DNA of 40,913 nt, taken from contig CAIYYO010000245.1 in assembly GCA_903930485.1 (NCBI GenBank), positions 1-40,913 of the forward strand. The letters run 5' to 3'. This document shows positions 17,121 through 25,755 of this stretch, in pieces. The DNA comes from Methanobacteriota archaeon (GTDB lineage Archaea; Altiarchaeota; Altiarchaeia; IMC4; QMZM01). Made by a program: the position numbers and the translations under genes. The notes under the pieces were generated by a model. It was given only the letters and a program-made list of their open reading frames with translations. It was not told the origin of the DNA and searched no databases. Each line of letters begins with the position of its first letter. The first letter of the stretch is position 1.

Positions 17121-19341
17121 CTTCCAAGTTGTTTATCAAAGCGACCGGCGGAGGACTCGTCAGCATCAGGGCTGCCGAGACGTTGATAACACCCGCTCCC
17201 TGTATGTTGCTGTCGTATCCGAGGTCCTGGGCCGTGTCTTTGAGCGCGGCTTTGATCTGCAGCGGAGACCATGTCGGGTCCTTCTGTAGCAGAAGCGCCG
17301 CGGCTCCGGCAACGTGCGGGGTCGCCATCGAGGTCCCTGAGAGCGCCACGTGCCTGTCGTCGAGGCAGGGGGTCTCGGAGAACGAGGTAGCCCATCTCGC
17401 CGAACAAATGGCTACGCCGGGCGCGAGTACGTCGGGCTTATCATAGATGTATGCCGGCCCTCTCGAGCTGAAATCCGCGATGATGTTCGGGTCGAGCGAA
17501 ATGATGATGGTCGCGGAAACGGTCCCGTTGTCTAGGAGGCTGCTTAAGTATTCCCCGTCTTCTTCGGAGATCGACACCGCGGGTATGCTTGACACGTTGA
17601 CGAGGTCGCCTTTGAAATTGCCGTAGTAGTTGTTGTAGATTATCGCGCCTACTGCGCCCGCATTGTATGCGTTCCTGACTTTTTCATTGAAGGTGATGTT
17701 GCCCCTCTTTATGAGGGCGATCATTCCCGCGAGGTTTTTTCCTGCAAAATCCGTAGACAATCCGAGGCCTGAATATGTGAGGATGCCCGTTACACCGTTT
17801 GAGGGCGTGGTTATCGAGCTGCTTAAAGCGAACGAGTCTATCGGGTTCTCTGCCTTGTCAACGCTCAGGTTCGAGAGCCTGTTCCTTCCCGGGTCGGACC
17901 TCTTGTAGATGGCTCCTACGGTCAGGGCTTTGCGAGCGCATCCCGGGGACGCGATGGTGCCGTTGTCCGGTCCGTTGTTCCCTGCCGCGACCGCAACGAC
18001 AACTCCTGCAGCTACTGCATTATCAACCGCCGTGGACAAGGCGTCGTCAGGGCTTCCGTATCCTCCGAGGCTGAGGCTTATCACGTTCGCGCTGTCGTTC
18101 ACTGCCCTGTCTATCCCGGCTATTATGTCGTCTTCGCTCCCTTCCCCGGCCGAGCTCATGACCTTGTACGCAAGCAGCTTCGCGTCAGGGGCCACGCCTT
18201 TCAATGTCCCGTTCCCGGCTGCGATGCCGGCGCAATGCGTTCCGTGGCCCTGGTCGTCCATCGGGTCGTCGCTTCCGTCGATGAAATTGTATCCGCCGAC
18301 GACTTTCGAGCAGTTGCTCAGGCCCGAGGAGACGGTGCCGTTGAGCACTTTGTCTATCTCGAAGCCCCAGGAGGTGTCCGACCAGTCGGTCTCGAAGGTC
18401 ACGGTCAGCGTGTCTCCGCTTACAGACGGGCTCCAGGTGTCGTTGTAGATGCCGGTGTAAGTCTTTACGGTATTCCCGGTCGAGTTCTTGAGGTATATGA
18501 CGTCGTATCCGTATTCGGTGTCGATGGTCTTGAAGTGGACCGCCATCTTCGAATAGCCGGGCATCTTTATCGTCCAGTTGTACGTCATGTCGTTATGGTA
18601 TGGGTGTTCAGACGAGAGGGAGTAAGCAGTCGTGCTCCCGTCGAGCCGCCTGCCCGTGCAGTTGCCGAGGTCCGGGTGCGTGTAATCGATCCCCGTGTCG
18701 ACGATGGCGATGGTCACGCCTTTGCCCGTGATGTTCCTGCCCAGGGCGTCTTTCATCCCCCATGCCTGGGCCGCGCCGATCATCGGCACGCTTTCAGAGA
18801 GCGTGATGTGATACGATTTTATGGGATATATCTTTTTGACCGCGTCGAGCGAGCCGAGGTATATGACGTCTTTTTCCGAAACGTTTTCCAGGGACATTCC
18901 GTCAAGCACGTTCATGTATTCCCTTCTGACCGACGGCTTGCCCTCTGCGAGGCTTAGGAGCTGCGCAACCCTTAGGTGCTCGTCGGTCATCTTCGCGACG
19001 TGGTCTTCCAGGGACTGCAGTCCTGTGGCCTCTTTTTTGTATTCGGACAAGGGCTCCTCCCTCAGCTCGACGATGTATCTGCCCAGGCTCAGGTATTTTT
19101 GCAGCGCTTTCTCGTCGACGGGATCAAGCGGCAGGGGCACCCGGCCGTCCGGGTATTTCTTCTGGACGTATTTGGCCGCTTCCGGGGGCAGGTAAAACTT
19201 GTTCAGGTCGACAAAGGCGGCCTGCTGCAGCGCATTGGAAGGCATGGGCTTCACCGTACCCTCTTTTAGAGAAAAGTTCTGGGTAAGGCCGAGGCAGAGG
19301 ATTGAAAGTAAAACGATCGACGGGATCACGGCCTTCTTCAT
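17098..19341 (-). CDS. Secreted subtilisin-like serine protease (peptidase S8) with I9-like propeptide, a CUB-like insert between catalytic Asp and His, and a PA domain
   Basis: 747 aa. Catalytic motifs VTIAIVDTGIDYTHPDL (Asp), DDQGHGTHCAGIAAG (His) and LSGTSMATPHVAGAAALLL (Ser). The PA-domain region is GKNLAGMIALIKRGNITFNEKVRNAYNAGAVGAIIYNN. Asp and His are 151 residues apart. Confidence 0.93.
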   Translation of the reverse strand: MKKAVIPSIVLLSILCLGLTQNFSLKEGTVKPMPSNALQQAAFVDLNKFYLPPEAAKYVQKKYPDGRVPLPLDPVDEKALQKYLSLGRYIVELREEPLSEYKKEATGLQSLEDHVAKMTDEHLRVAQLLSLAEGKPSVRREYMNVLDGMSLENVSEKDVIYLGSLDAVKKIYPIKSYHITLSESVPMIGAAQAWGMKDALGRNITGKGVTIAIVDTGIDYTHPDLGNCTGRRLDGSTTAYSLSSEHPYHNDMTYNWTIKMPGYSKMAVHFKTIDTEYGYDVIYLKNSTGNTVKTYTGIYNDTWSPSVSGDTLTVTFETDWSDTSWGFEIDKVLNGTVSSGLSNCSKVVGGYNFIDGSDDPMDDQGHGTHCAGIAAGNGTLKGVAPDAKLLAYKVMSSAGEGSEDDIIAGIDRAVNDSANVISLSLGGYGSPDDALSTAVDNAVAAGVVVAVAAGNNGPDNGTIASPGCARKALTVGAIYKRSDPGRNRLSNLSVDKAENPIDSFALSSSITTPSNGVTGILTYSGLGLSTDFAGKNLAGMIALIKRGNITFNEKVRNAYNAGAVGAIIYNNYYGNFKGDLVNVSSIPAVSISEEDGEYLSSLLDNGTVSATIIISLDPNIIADFSSRGPAYIYDKPDVLAPGVAICSARWATSFSETPCLDDRHVALSGTSMATPHVAGAAALLLQKDPTWSPLQIKAALKDTAQDLGYDSNIQGAGVINVSAALMLTSPPPVALINNLEGVTYEEK

Positions 19342-19364
19342 GAATTTATTATTACTTAAAAGAC

Positions 19365-20263
19365 CTATATAAACCTTTTAAGGCTGCTTCCCGTAGGCAG
19401 CCCGGTCCTTGCGCCCACTTTCCGGATGCACAGGGACGCGACCTTGTTCCCATTCCTTCCGGCTTCGAACAGAGAGCCGCCCCTTATCAGCGTGTAGAGG
19501 AATCCGGCCGCGAACGCATCGCCTGCGCCCGTAGTATCGACGACCGGGACTTTGTAGGCAGGGACGTCGTAGCAGCCTTCGGAGCCCGCGACAAAGCATC
19601 CGCGCGACCCCAGGGTTACGGCGACGATACCTGCGCCCTTGTCCAGCAGTGTTTCCGCGCCTTCGCGGTAGCCTTCGCCCGTAAGTCCTTCGGCCTCCGA
19701 TTCGTTCAGGAACAGGACGCTGCTCCTCTTCACGAGCTGGGAAAGCCTCCCCGGTCCCTTCTTCACGTAAAGGTCCCCGGGGCTGAAGCTGATCCGCACG
19801 TCAGGGAGTTTTTTTGCTATCTTTTTCTGGAGCATGAACTGCTTGTCGCCGACGAATGAAGTGATATGCAGGAACGACGCCTTGGCCGCGTAATCCAGGT
19901 CTATGTCTTTCTCGGAGAGCAGGCTGTTGGCTCCGGGGTAGGGATAAAGCGTCCTCTCTCCCCCTTCGCGTCGACGAAGCCGATGATGATCCCGGTCCTT
20001 CCCGGCAGAAGCGAAACCCCGGAGACGTCGACGTTGTTCCTCCTGAAGTCTTCGAGGAGCATCCTGCCCTCCGCGTCCCGGCCGACCGCGCCGATGAAGC
20101 CCGTCAAAAGGCCCAGCCTCGCAAGCCCTGCGACCGTGTTGGCCGCAGAGCCGCCTGGAGACTCGCACACGGATCTGACCGGCACATGCTCCCCCTCGCG
20201 TGCGATCCTTTCCACCATGTACAGCCTGTCCAGGTTTAATGCGCCGAAGCCGATGACGTCCAT
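19365..20263 (-). pseudogene. PfkB/ribokinase-family carbohydrate kinase interrupted by a frameshift at a G5 (C5 on +) run
   Basis: The N-terminal part is in ORF 19901..20263 (MDVIGFGALNLD...SPGGSAANTVAGLARLG...GFVDAKGE). The C-terminal part is in ORF 19365..20168, from ...RTLYPYPGANSLL to DTTGAGDAFAAGF (PfkB signature). The frames switch at C5 19960..19964. Confidence 0.8.
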
Positions 20264-20277
20264 TTTTTTACTTTTTT

Positions 20278-21369
20278 TCAGCCGAGCTTTGCGGCGTCGC
20301 CTCTGACGAGTGACCGCGCTCTCTTATGGGTGATGAGGATCTCTTCCATTTTTTCCTTGCTTATGCCTTCGAGCAGGTGGTAGGCCGGCTTGAAGAAATC
20401 CTTGTTAGTTTTGTTTTCGTCCAGGAATTCTCTAACGTCGGCCGTTGCATATTCTTCAGGGATCTTCGAGGGCTCGCTCAGGAATGCGTCGCGCCTGGTT
20501 TCCCATTCCCTGACGGTTTCCAACACGCCTGCTTTTCCCTTGCGTTCATGGGCCGCGGTAAGGGCGAGCAGGAGGCGCATGTCCGTCGATGCGAGGCCTG
20601 CGACCCCGTAAGGCATGCAGAACACGTTGCCGTTGAATACTACCGAAACCCCGCCCGAGTCCCTGACCCCGCCGAGCATCCTGTAATCCGTTATGCTGTC
20701 CCCGACCACGATGTAATTCTTAAGTTTCGTTTTCGTTTTCTTCGCGACGTCTTTGGCGGCGTCGAGCTTCCGTTGGCCTCCGACGACGCGGACCTCTTTC
20801 ATAGCCTGCCCGATGCCTGTCTTGGAGAGGTCCTTCCAGAAGAATCTGTCGAGCCTTGCCTTCAATTTTTTCTCGTCGTTGAGGTCAGGGTAAAGATCGT
20901 CGAGTATGTCTATCTCGGCTTCCTCTATCAGCGACGAATCCGCGTCATGCAATTCTCTCACGTAACGGTCAAGGTCCAGCCGCGTGCAATAAACCTTCTC
21001 CTTCGCGATTCCGATCTTCCCGGCGATGTTGTGGGCATGCTGCCGGTAGCTTGTGGAAATAATGTACGGGTCCCAGCCTGTCTCCTTCAGCCGGTCAATC
21101 GTGTATTTGACGCCGTCGACTATCTTCGCATTGTCCGAGACCTTCCTGATCTGTTCCTCGGTTATCCCGTGGCGTATCAGGAAAGGGACTATCAGCGAAA
21201 GAGTGTCTCCGGGCTCATAGCCTCGCCTCTTTTCCAGCGTGAGTATGTCGTCGTACCTGCTGACAGCCTCGAATATCCTGTGCCCTGCGTCTATCAGCCC
21301 CAGCACTTCGTAAGCGTTGTCCTGCGGCGAAAGCGGCCCCTCGAGGTCGAAGCAGATTATCTTGGCCAT
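20278..21369 (-). CDS. HAD-superfamily hydrolase-like protein (EhaR-like family)
   Basis: 363 aa. N-terminal ICFDLEGPLSPQDNAYE (a DxEG variant of HAD motif I) and a late VVGDSITD motif. The architecture resembles archaeal proteins annotated as energy-converting hydrogenase A subunit R. It lies directly upstream of the PfkB gene. Confidence 0.65.
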   Translation of the reverse strand: MAKIICFDLEGPLSPQDNAYEVLGLIDAGHRIFEAVSRYDDILTLEKRRGYEPGDTLSLIVPFLIRHGITEEQIRKVSDNAKIVDGVKYTIDRLKETGWDPYIISTSYRQHAHNIAGKIGIAKEKVYCTRLDLDRYVRELHDADSSLIEEAEIDILDDLYPDLNDEKKLKARLDRFFWKDLSKTGIGQAMKEVRVVGGQRKLDAAKDVAKKTKTKLKNYIVVGDSITDYRMLGGVRDSGGVSVVFNGNVFCMPYGVAGLASTDMRLLLALTAAHERKGKAGVLETVREWETRRDAFLSEPSKIPEEYATADVREFLDENKTNKDFFKPAYHLLEGISKEKMEEILITHKRARSLVRGDAAKLG

Positions 21370-21447
21370 TTCTGATCGGTTTTATTATATAGCACCAGCG
21401 TCTTAATCTAATAATTATAAACAATGCAGGATTAATAAGAGCTGAAA

Positions 21448-22335
21448 ATGTTGCTACTACCCGTGCTTGTCGTGCTCGCATCTATCGTGTTCCTGGGACT
21501 CGCCAGCCTGGCCGACCTGCGCACCGGAGAAGTCCCGGACGGACTAAGCTACGGCTATACGGTTGTGATGATCCTGCTTGCGGCCTACGGCTCTTACACA
21601 TTCAATGACACCTCGCTTGTGACCGACTCCCTCATAATGGGTGCATGTTTTTTCATAGCCGGGTTCTTAATGTTCTACCTCGGGCAATGGGGCGGCGGAG
21701 ACGTGAAAGTCCTAGCAGGGATAGGCTGCGCCCTCGGATCCCTCAACCATATAGGATACCTTCCGCAGGCCGCGCTCTCCTTTTATCCCTACTACCTGTC
21801 GTACCTGACAAACCTGATCTTCATAGCGTTCCCGTATGCCGCGATCTACGGCCTCGTTATCGGCTTCAATAATCCCGACACGCGGAAGGAATTCGGCGCC
21901 TACGTTGGAAAGGCCAGGACAAAGGCGATATTGATAGCGTCTTTGTCCCCCTCGCTCCTTGCATTCCTCGTAAACCTCCAGAAGCTGGCCTCGTTCTATT
22001 TACTCCTGCCGGTCATGCTCACCGTCGCGCTTTACCTCAAAGCGGTCGAGAAAACAGCACTCAGGCAGTCAAAGGATGTAAAGGACCTGCGAGAAGGCGA
22101 CGTCGCGGCAGAAGACCTCGCTTGCGGCAACGAAACAATCGCGAGCAAGAGAGACATCGAAGGCATGAGCCCGGACGCTATCAAAAAGATCCAGGAACTG
22201 TCTGCAAAGGGAGAGCTTCCGGGCAGGATAGTAATAAAAAGAGGCATCAAGTTCACGCTTGTATTGTTCCTCGCATTCCTAACGTCAGTCTACCTCGGCA
22301 ACCTGGTGGAGATAATCACTGGTTTGCTGATATAG
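21448..22335 (+). CDS. A24-family aspartic prepilin/preflagellin peptidase (FlaK/PibD/EppA/TadV-like), copy 1
   Basis: 295 aa and polytopic. First catalytic Asp in LASLADLRTGEVPD, second in the GxGD-type motif QWGGGDVKVLAGIG. There is no methyltransferase domain. Confidence 0.8.
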   Translation: MLLLPVLVVLASIVFLGLASLADLRTGEVPDGLSYGYTVVMILLAAYGSYTFNDTSLVTDSLIMGACFFIAGFLMFYLGQWGGGDVKVLAGIGCALGSLNHIGYLPQAALSFYPYYLSYLTNLIFIAFPYAAIYGLVIGFNNPDTRKEFGAYVGKARTKAILIASLSPSLLAFLVNLQKLASFYLLLPVMLTVALYLKAVEKTALRQSKDVKDLREGDVAAEDLACGNETIASKRDIEGMSPDAIKKIQELSAKGELPGRIVIKRGIKFTLVLFLAFLTSVYLGNLVEIITGLLI

Positions 22336-22345
22336 CGACGGCTGG

Positions 22346-24280
22346 TCAGCACTGGAGGGCCGGCAGCGTCGAGAGATAATCCATGCACTTCTGGCAGAAA
22401 GCCCTCGGACCTGGAGCGTTGGCCGCGCTCATAATGCATCTGCCGCCTGCAGGGTCTTTATTCCCGAAACATGTTCCGTCGTCCCGATTAGACGAGCACA
22501 GGGTTCCGCCTGCGCAGTATCCTGTCCATTTGCTCTCGCTGGCGTCTCCTCCGCCGATAAGGGCGTCAAGGCAATTGGCTTTGGAGTTGGCGTCATGCGG
22601 AAAACACCTGCACGTGTCCCTGTACTCGTCGTTCAGTCCCCAGCCGTGACCCAGCTCGTGCAGCGCGTAATAAGGCATATCAGGCTCGGCCGCCCCCTGA
22701 GTGTAAACGACGCCGCTTCCCGGCCAGTCGAAGCCGCCTATCTCGCCTCCGCAGGTGCTGAGGTCCTCCATCCCGATGAAATAGGTCGCATCCGAAGTCT
22801 TGTCTTTGCCGCAGGCCTTTATCGTCTCCATGAGCTTTTCCTGGAAAGCCCCGGCAGAGCATTCCGCGTCCGTGGCCGGGATGGTGATGGCGCATTGCTT
22901 GTCGGTAGTGCTGAATTCCACTTTGGCAGGGCAGTTCTTCAGGGGTGTGAGCGTCTTGATCAGGTTTGCGACTTCGTTGGCTTTGTCCGTGAAGCTCAGA
23001 GAATTCCATGAGCCAAGCTGGACGAAAACGAATTTCAGTTTAGTTGTGGGGTTCGGGACAGGCGCGTTCACCGAGACTTTGGCCGCGGCCGAGACGGTCA
23101 CCGTGTCGCACAAACACCCGTACGACACCGTGTAATCGCCGTTGCCGGGATAGAAATTCTTCTCGCTCGTGGAGGCGGAATCCACCTGTTTAGGGCCGTC
23201 GACCCCGCCCCAGTCCAGCCCGCATTTCTCGCACAACACGCTGGCTCCGGCACTGTTCACGTATCCGTTGCTGAGAGTCGCATAGACTGTGCTGTACGGG
23301 ACCGAAGATTCGCTCCTGCCCTGGAAAGAGCCCAAAGTCAGGCCGACCTTGGCGGTGCATGTCGGATCATACGTGCAGCAGCAGCCTCCGGGACAGGTCT
23401 TGCATTTCTCCTGCTGCTTGCACGTTTTCATATTCATCCCTTCGCCGCAGACATAGTTGCATTTGTCGTCGCATGCGCTCTTTATGACGATTATCTGACA
23501 AAGCTGGCCGTACTTTGCGGCATCAGCCGTCCATTTCCCGCCGGCGCAGCAGAGCTTGTCCGGGTTTTCCCTGCACGGACAATCGGTTCCAGTGCATGCC
23601 TCCCCGGCGACGTATTTCGAGGTTGTTCCCCCGATGACGAAAGAATACGACCCAAGGTTGGTGCAATCGCAATTCAACGGAGAAATAGCCCCGCCGGTCA
23701 CGTAATTCAGGGCCGGGATCGCTATCCCAAGGAAAAGCAGGCCGACAAGCGCGTTAATGACCCAGCCGCGCATCACTGCCCTGAGATGCGGATCTCCGGA
23801 GGACATGTACCTTAGAGCCGCCACAAGGATTATCAATGCCGCGACGAATGCTGCGACGTATTCGAACAGGCATATTACGCGGCACGAGACGGCGTCGAAG
23901 AATTCCTTTATCTGGTGATGGGGCGTGCATGCGCAATTGAAGGATGCGAAGACCTTTTTAGTCAGGCCCTGCTGCGACCCTTCGACGAACATGTTCAATG
24001 CGGGCAGGGCTATCAAAACCAGCACGAGGCCCACCATTGCATACATTATATAACTCTTCATAGAGTGCCTTACGCCGGGGTCGTCGGACGTCATGTAGCG
24101 AAAGCCCGAGAGGACGATGACGACGGCAGATATCGCGAGGATGACGTATTCGATAAAGCAGGCCATGTTGCAGACTATGGAATCATAGACGCCCTTCAGC
24201 TCCGTTGAGATCGGGCCCGCGTAAACCGGCGTCACGACAAAGAAAAACAATGCCGCGGCAAGCAGTAGTCTGTACTCCAT
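22346..24280 (-). CDS. Secreted membrane protein: two tandem VirB2/TrbC-type pilin-like hairpins + Cys-rich region + metzincin-like Zn-protease motif (HExxHxxGxxD)
   Basis: 644 aa.
- Signal peptide ...TPVYA/GP.
- Hairpin 1: ILAISAVVIVLSGFRYMTSDDPGVRHSMKSYIMYAMVGLVLVLIALPALNMFV ... FNCAC.
- Hairpin 2: AAFVAALIILVAALRYMSSGDPHLRAVMRGWVINALVGLLFLGIAIPALNYV ... LNCDC.
- About 45 Cys follow.
- YALHELGHGWGLNDEY at 22646..22660 (HELGH).
- A possible Met-turn, GRCIMSA, lies 70 residues further on. Confidence 0.8.
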   Translation of the reverse strand: MEYRLLLAAALFFFVVTPVYAGPISTELKGVYDSIVCNMACFIEYVILAISAVVIVLSGFRYMTSDDPGVRHSMKSYIMYAMVGLVLVLIALPALNMFVEGSQQGLTKKVFASFNCACTPHHQIKEFFDAVSCRVICLFEYVAAFVAALIILVAALRYMSSGDPHLRAVMRGWVINALVGLLFLGIAIPALNYVTGGAISPLNCDCTNLGSYSFVIGGTTSKYVAGEACTGTDCPCRENPDKLCCAGGKWTADAAKYGQLCQIIVIKSACDDKCNYVCGEGMNMKTCKQQEKCKTCPGGCCCTYDPTCTAKVGLTLGSFQGRSESSVPYSTVYATLSNGYVNSAGASVLCEKCGLDWGGVDGPKQVDSASTSEKNFYPGNGDYTVSYGCLCDTVTVSAAAKVSVNAPVPNPTTKLKFVFVQLGSWNSLSFTDKANEVANLIKTLTPLKNCPAKVEFSTTDKQCAITIPATDAECSAGAFQEKLMETIKACGKDKTSDATYFIGMEDLSTCGGEIGGFDWPGSGVVYTQGAAEPDMPYYALHELGHGWGLNDEYRDTCRCFPHDANSKANCLDALIGGGDASESKWTGYCAGGTLCSSNRDDGTCFGNKDPAGGRCIMSAANAPGPRAFCQKCMDYLSTLPALQC

Positions 24281-24335
24281 CAGTTTACGTATTTACCCGT
24301 GGGGACTAATATACTCCGATTTCCGAAAGAAACAT

Positions 24336-25580
24336 TCAGGCCTGGGATACTATTATCCCGTTCTCGTAGACCATGTTCTCCTTCTCTATCTTCTTCCTGC
24401 CGACCTTTACGCCAGCGAACCTGGAATCGTCGAGGAGCACTTTCGAGACCTTGCCTAATTCAGCTCCCTCCTTGTTAACGACCTTTTTCCCGGCATACTC
24501 CTTTATCCACCTCTTTTTGGCGTTGATCTCCTCGATGAAGATCAATTCGGTCCCCTTCACTACTATCACGAAGAACACGAGAGACAGGAATATGGAGAAC
24601 CCGAATTCCGTCAGCTTCGCCGTCGTCGTCTTTTCAACGAGGTAATAAGCCCCGGACTGCGCCGTAAGGGTTATAAGGACGATGAGCGCGAGAAGGATTA
24701 TGTATCTCCTGATGGAAAGATACCTCTCCATCGAGTATTCATCAATAATCCTGCCCACTATGGCGATCACGAACGCAAGCAGCACGAGGTCGGCGTAATT
24801 CAGCGTCAAAGCCGTCTTGATGGAATCGAACAAGCCCACCGGATTCGTCTTGACGAATTCGTCGTAGTTGAAGGCCAGGCCCACCATCAAAGTCACGAAG
24901 GCGAGGACATAGGCTATAATACTGATTCTCTCGATAGACAGCGACCTCAGGAATTCCGAAGACCTCGAGAACAACTCTTCCTCGAAGCCCAGCCCCTTGA
25001 TAATGAGATAAATCCCCAGGATCGCGAGCAGGAGCAGCATCGTCTGCAGGAAGACGTTCAACGCCGCGCCGACAGCTATCAGCAGGAGGACGAGTCCCGG
25101 CAACGCGAAGATCAGGTGCGCCAGGTTCGGGTCCTTCTCCACTTCGCGCAGGAAATTCGTTATCGTGAAATACGCTTTCTCCAGCTCCTTGCTCTGCCTG
25201 ACAATGACGGTCTTCACGGAATTGATCTTGACCCTTGACTGTATTATCGGAATCAGCTGCTCGTCTTCTGCGCCGTCGGTCACCAGGACGACGGATTCGG
25301 GCTTGAATTTCGCAAGAATGGCGTCAAGCTGCTTCGCTATCTTCTCGTCGGAGACCAGGCCGACGTCGTCGTCTCCCACCAGCGTTACGACCTCGGCTCC
25401 CAGGATCCTTGCAGTCTTCACCGCCTCAAAGAGAGCGTTGACGTCCGTGTCCTCCGGGTCGGCAAGGCCGAGCTCTCTGGCAGCGTTCAGGTTCGCCTCT
25501 TCGCCTATCAGCGGGCCTTCTATATGGGCTTTCTCTCCTATGTCGTTGTCTCTGTCGACGCACAAGACAAGGGTTTTCAT
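24336..25580 (-). CDS. DUF373-family archaeal membrane protein
   Basis: 414 aa. MKTLVLCVDRDNDIGEKA...LGLADPEDTDVNALFEAV N-domain, followed by about 7 TM helices. Confidence 0.8.
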   Translation of the reverse strand: MKTLVLCVDRDNDIGEKAHIEGPLIGEEANLNAARELGLADPEDTDVNALFEAVKTARILGAEVVTLVGDDDVGLVSDEKIAKQLDAILAKFKPESVVLVTDGAEDEQLIPIIQSRVKINSVKTVIVRQSKELEKAYFTITNFLREVEKDPNLAHLIFALPGLVLLLIAVGAALNVFLQTMLLLLAILGIYLIIKGLGFEEELFSRSSEFLRSLSIERISIIAYVLAFVTLMVGLAFNYDEFVKTNPVGLFDSIKTALTLNYADLVLLAFVIAIVGRIIDEYSMERYLSIRRYIILLALIVLITLTAQSGAYYLVEKTTTAKLTEFGFSIFLSLVFFVIVVKGTELIFIEEINAKKRWIKEYAGKKVVNKEGAELGKVSKVLLDDSRFAGVKVGRKKIEKENMVYENGIIVSQA

Positions 25581-25755
25581 CTGATTTGTGTATATTATAT
25601 TAGTTTACAGGATATTAATTTATATATCGCTTATCCGACGGCTTTCCCGGTTTTTGCTATCCTGCTCCCCACCCACCGTTACCCACCCTGCTTTTTAAAG
25701 AGTCGTGCATAATTTATAACATTAAACCAAAAAACAAAATACAGGTGTTTAAAAA

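Noticed and set aside
20326-21375. 349-aa ORF on the + strand, almost exactly coextensive with the HAD/EhaR-like gene
   Set aside because: The minus-strand product has HAD motifs (FDLEGP..., VVGDSITD) and sensible composition. The plus-strand product (MGDEDLFHFFLAYAFEQVVGRLEE...) is a typical mirror ORF.
1-24280. Calling the VirB2-like genes part of a conjugative or T4SS (Ced/Ted-like) element
   Set aside because: No VirB4/CedB-type ATPase, VirB6/CedA-type channel, coupling protein, relaxase or integrase is present in the 41-kb window. The pilin-like genes are scattered among housekeeping genes, so only the domain architecture is reported, not a transfer system.
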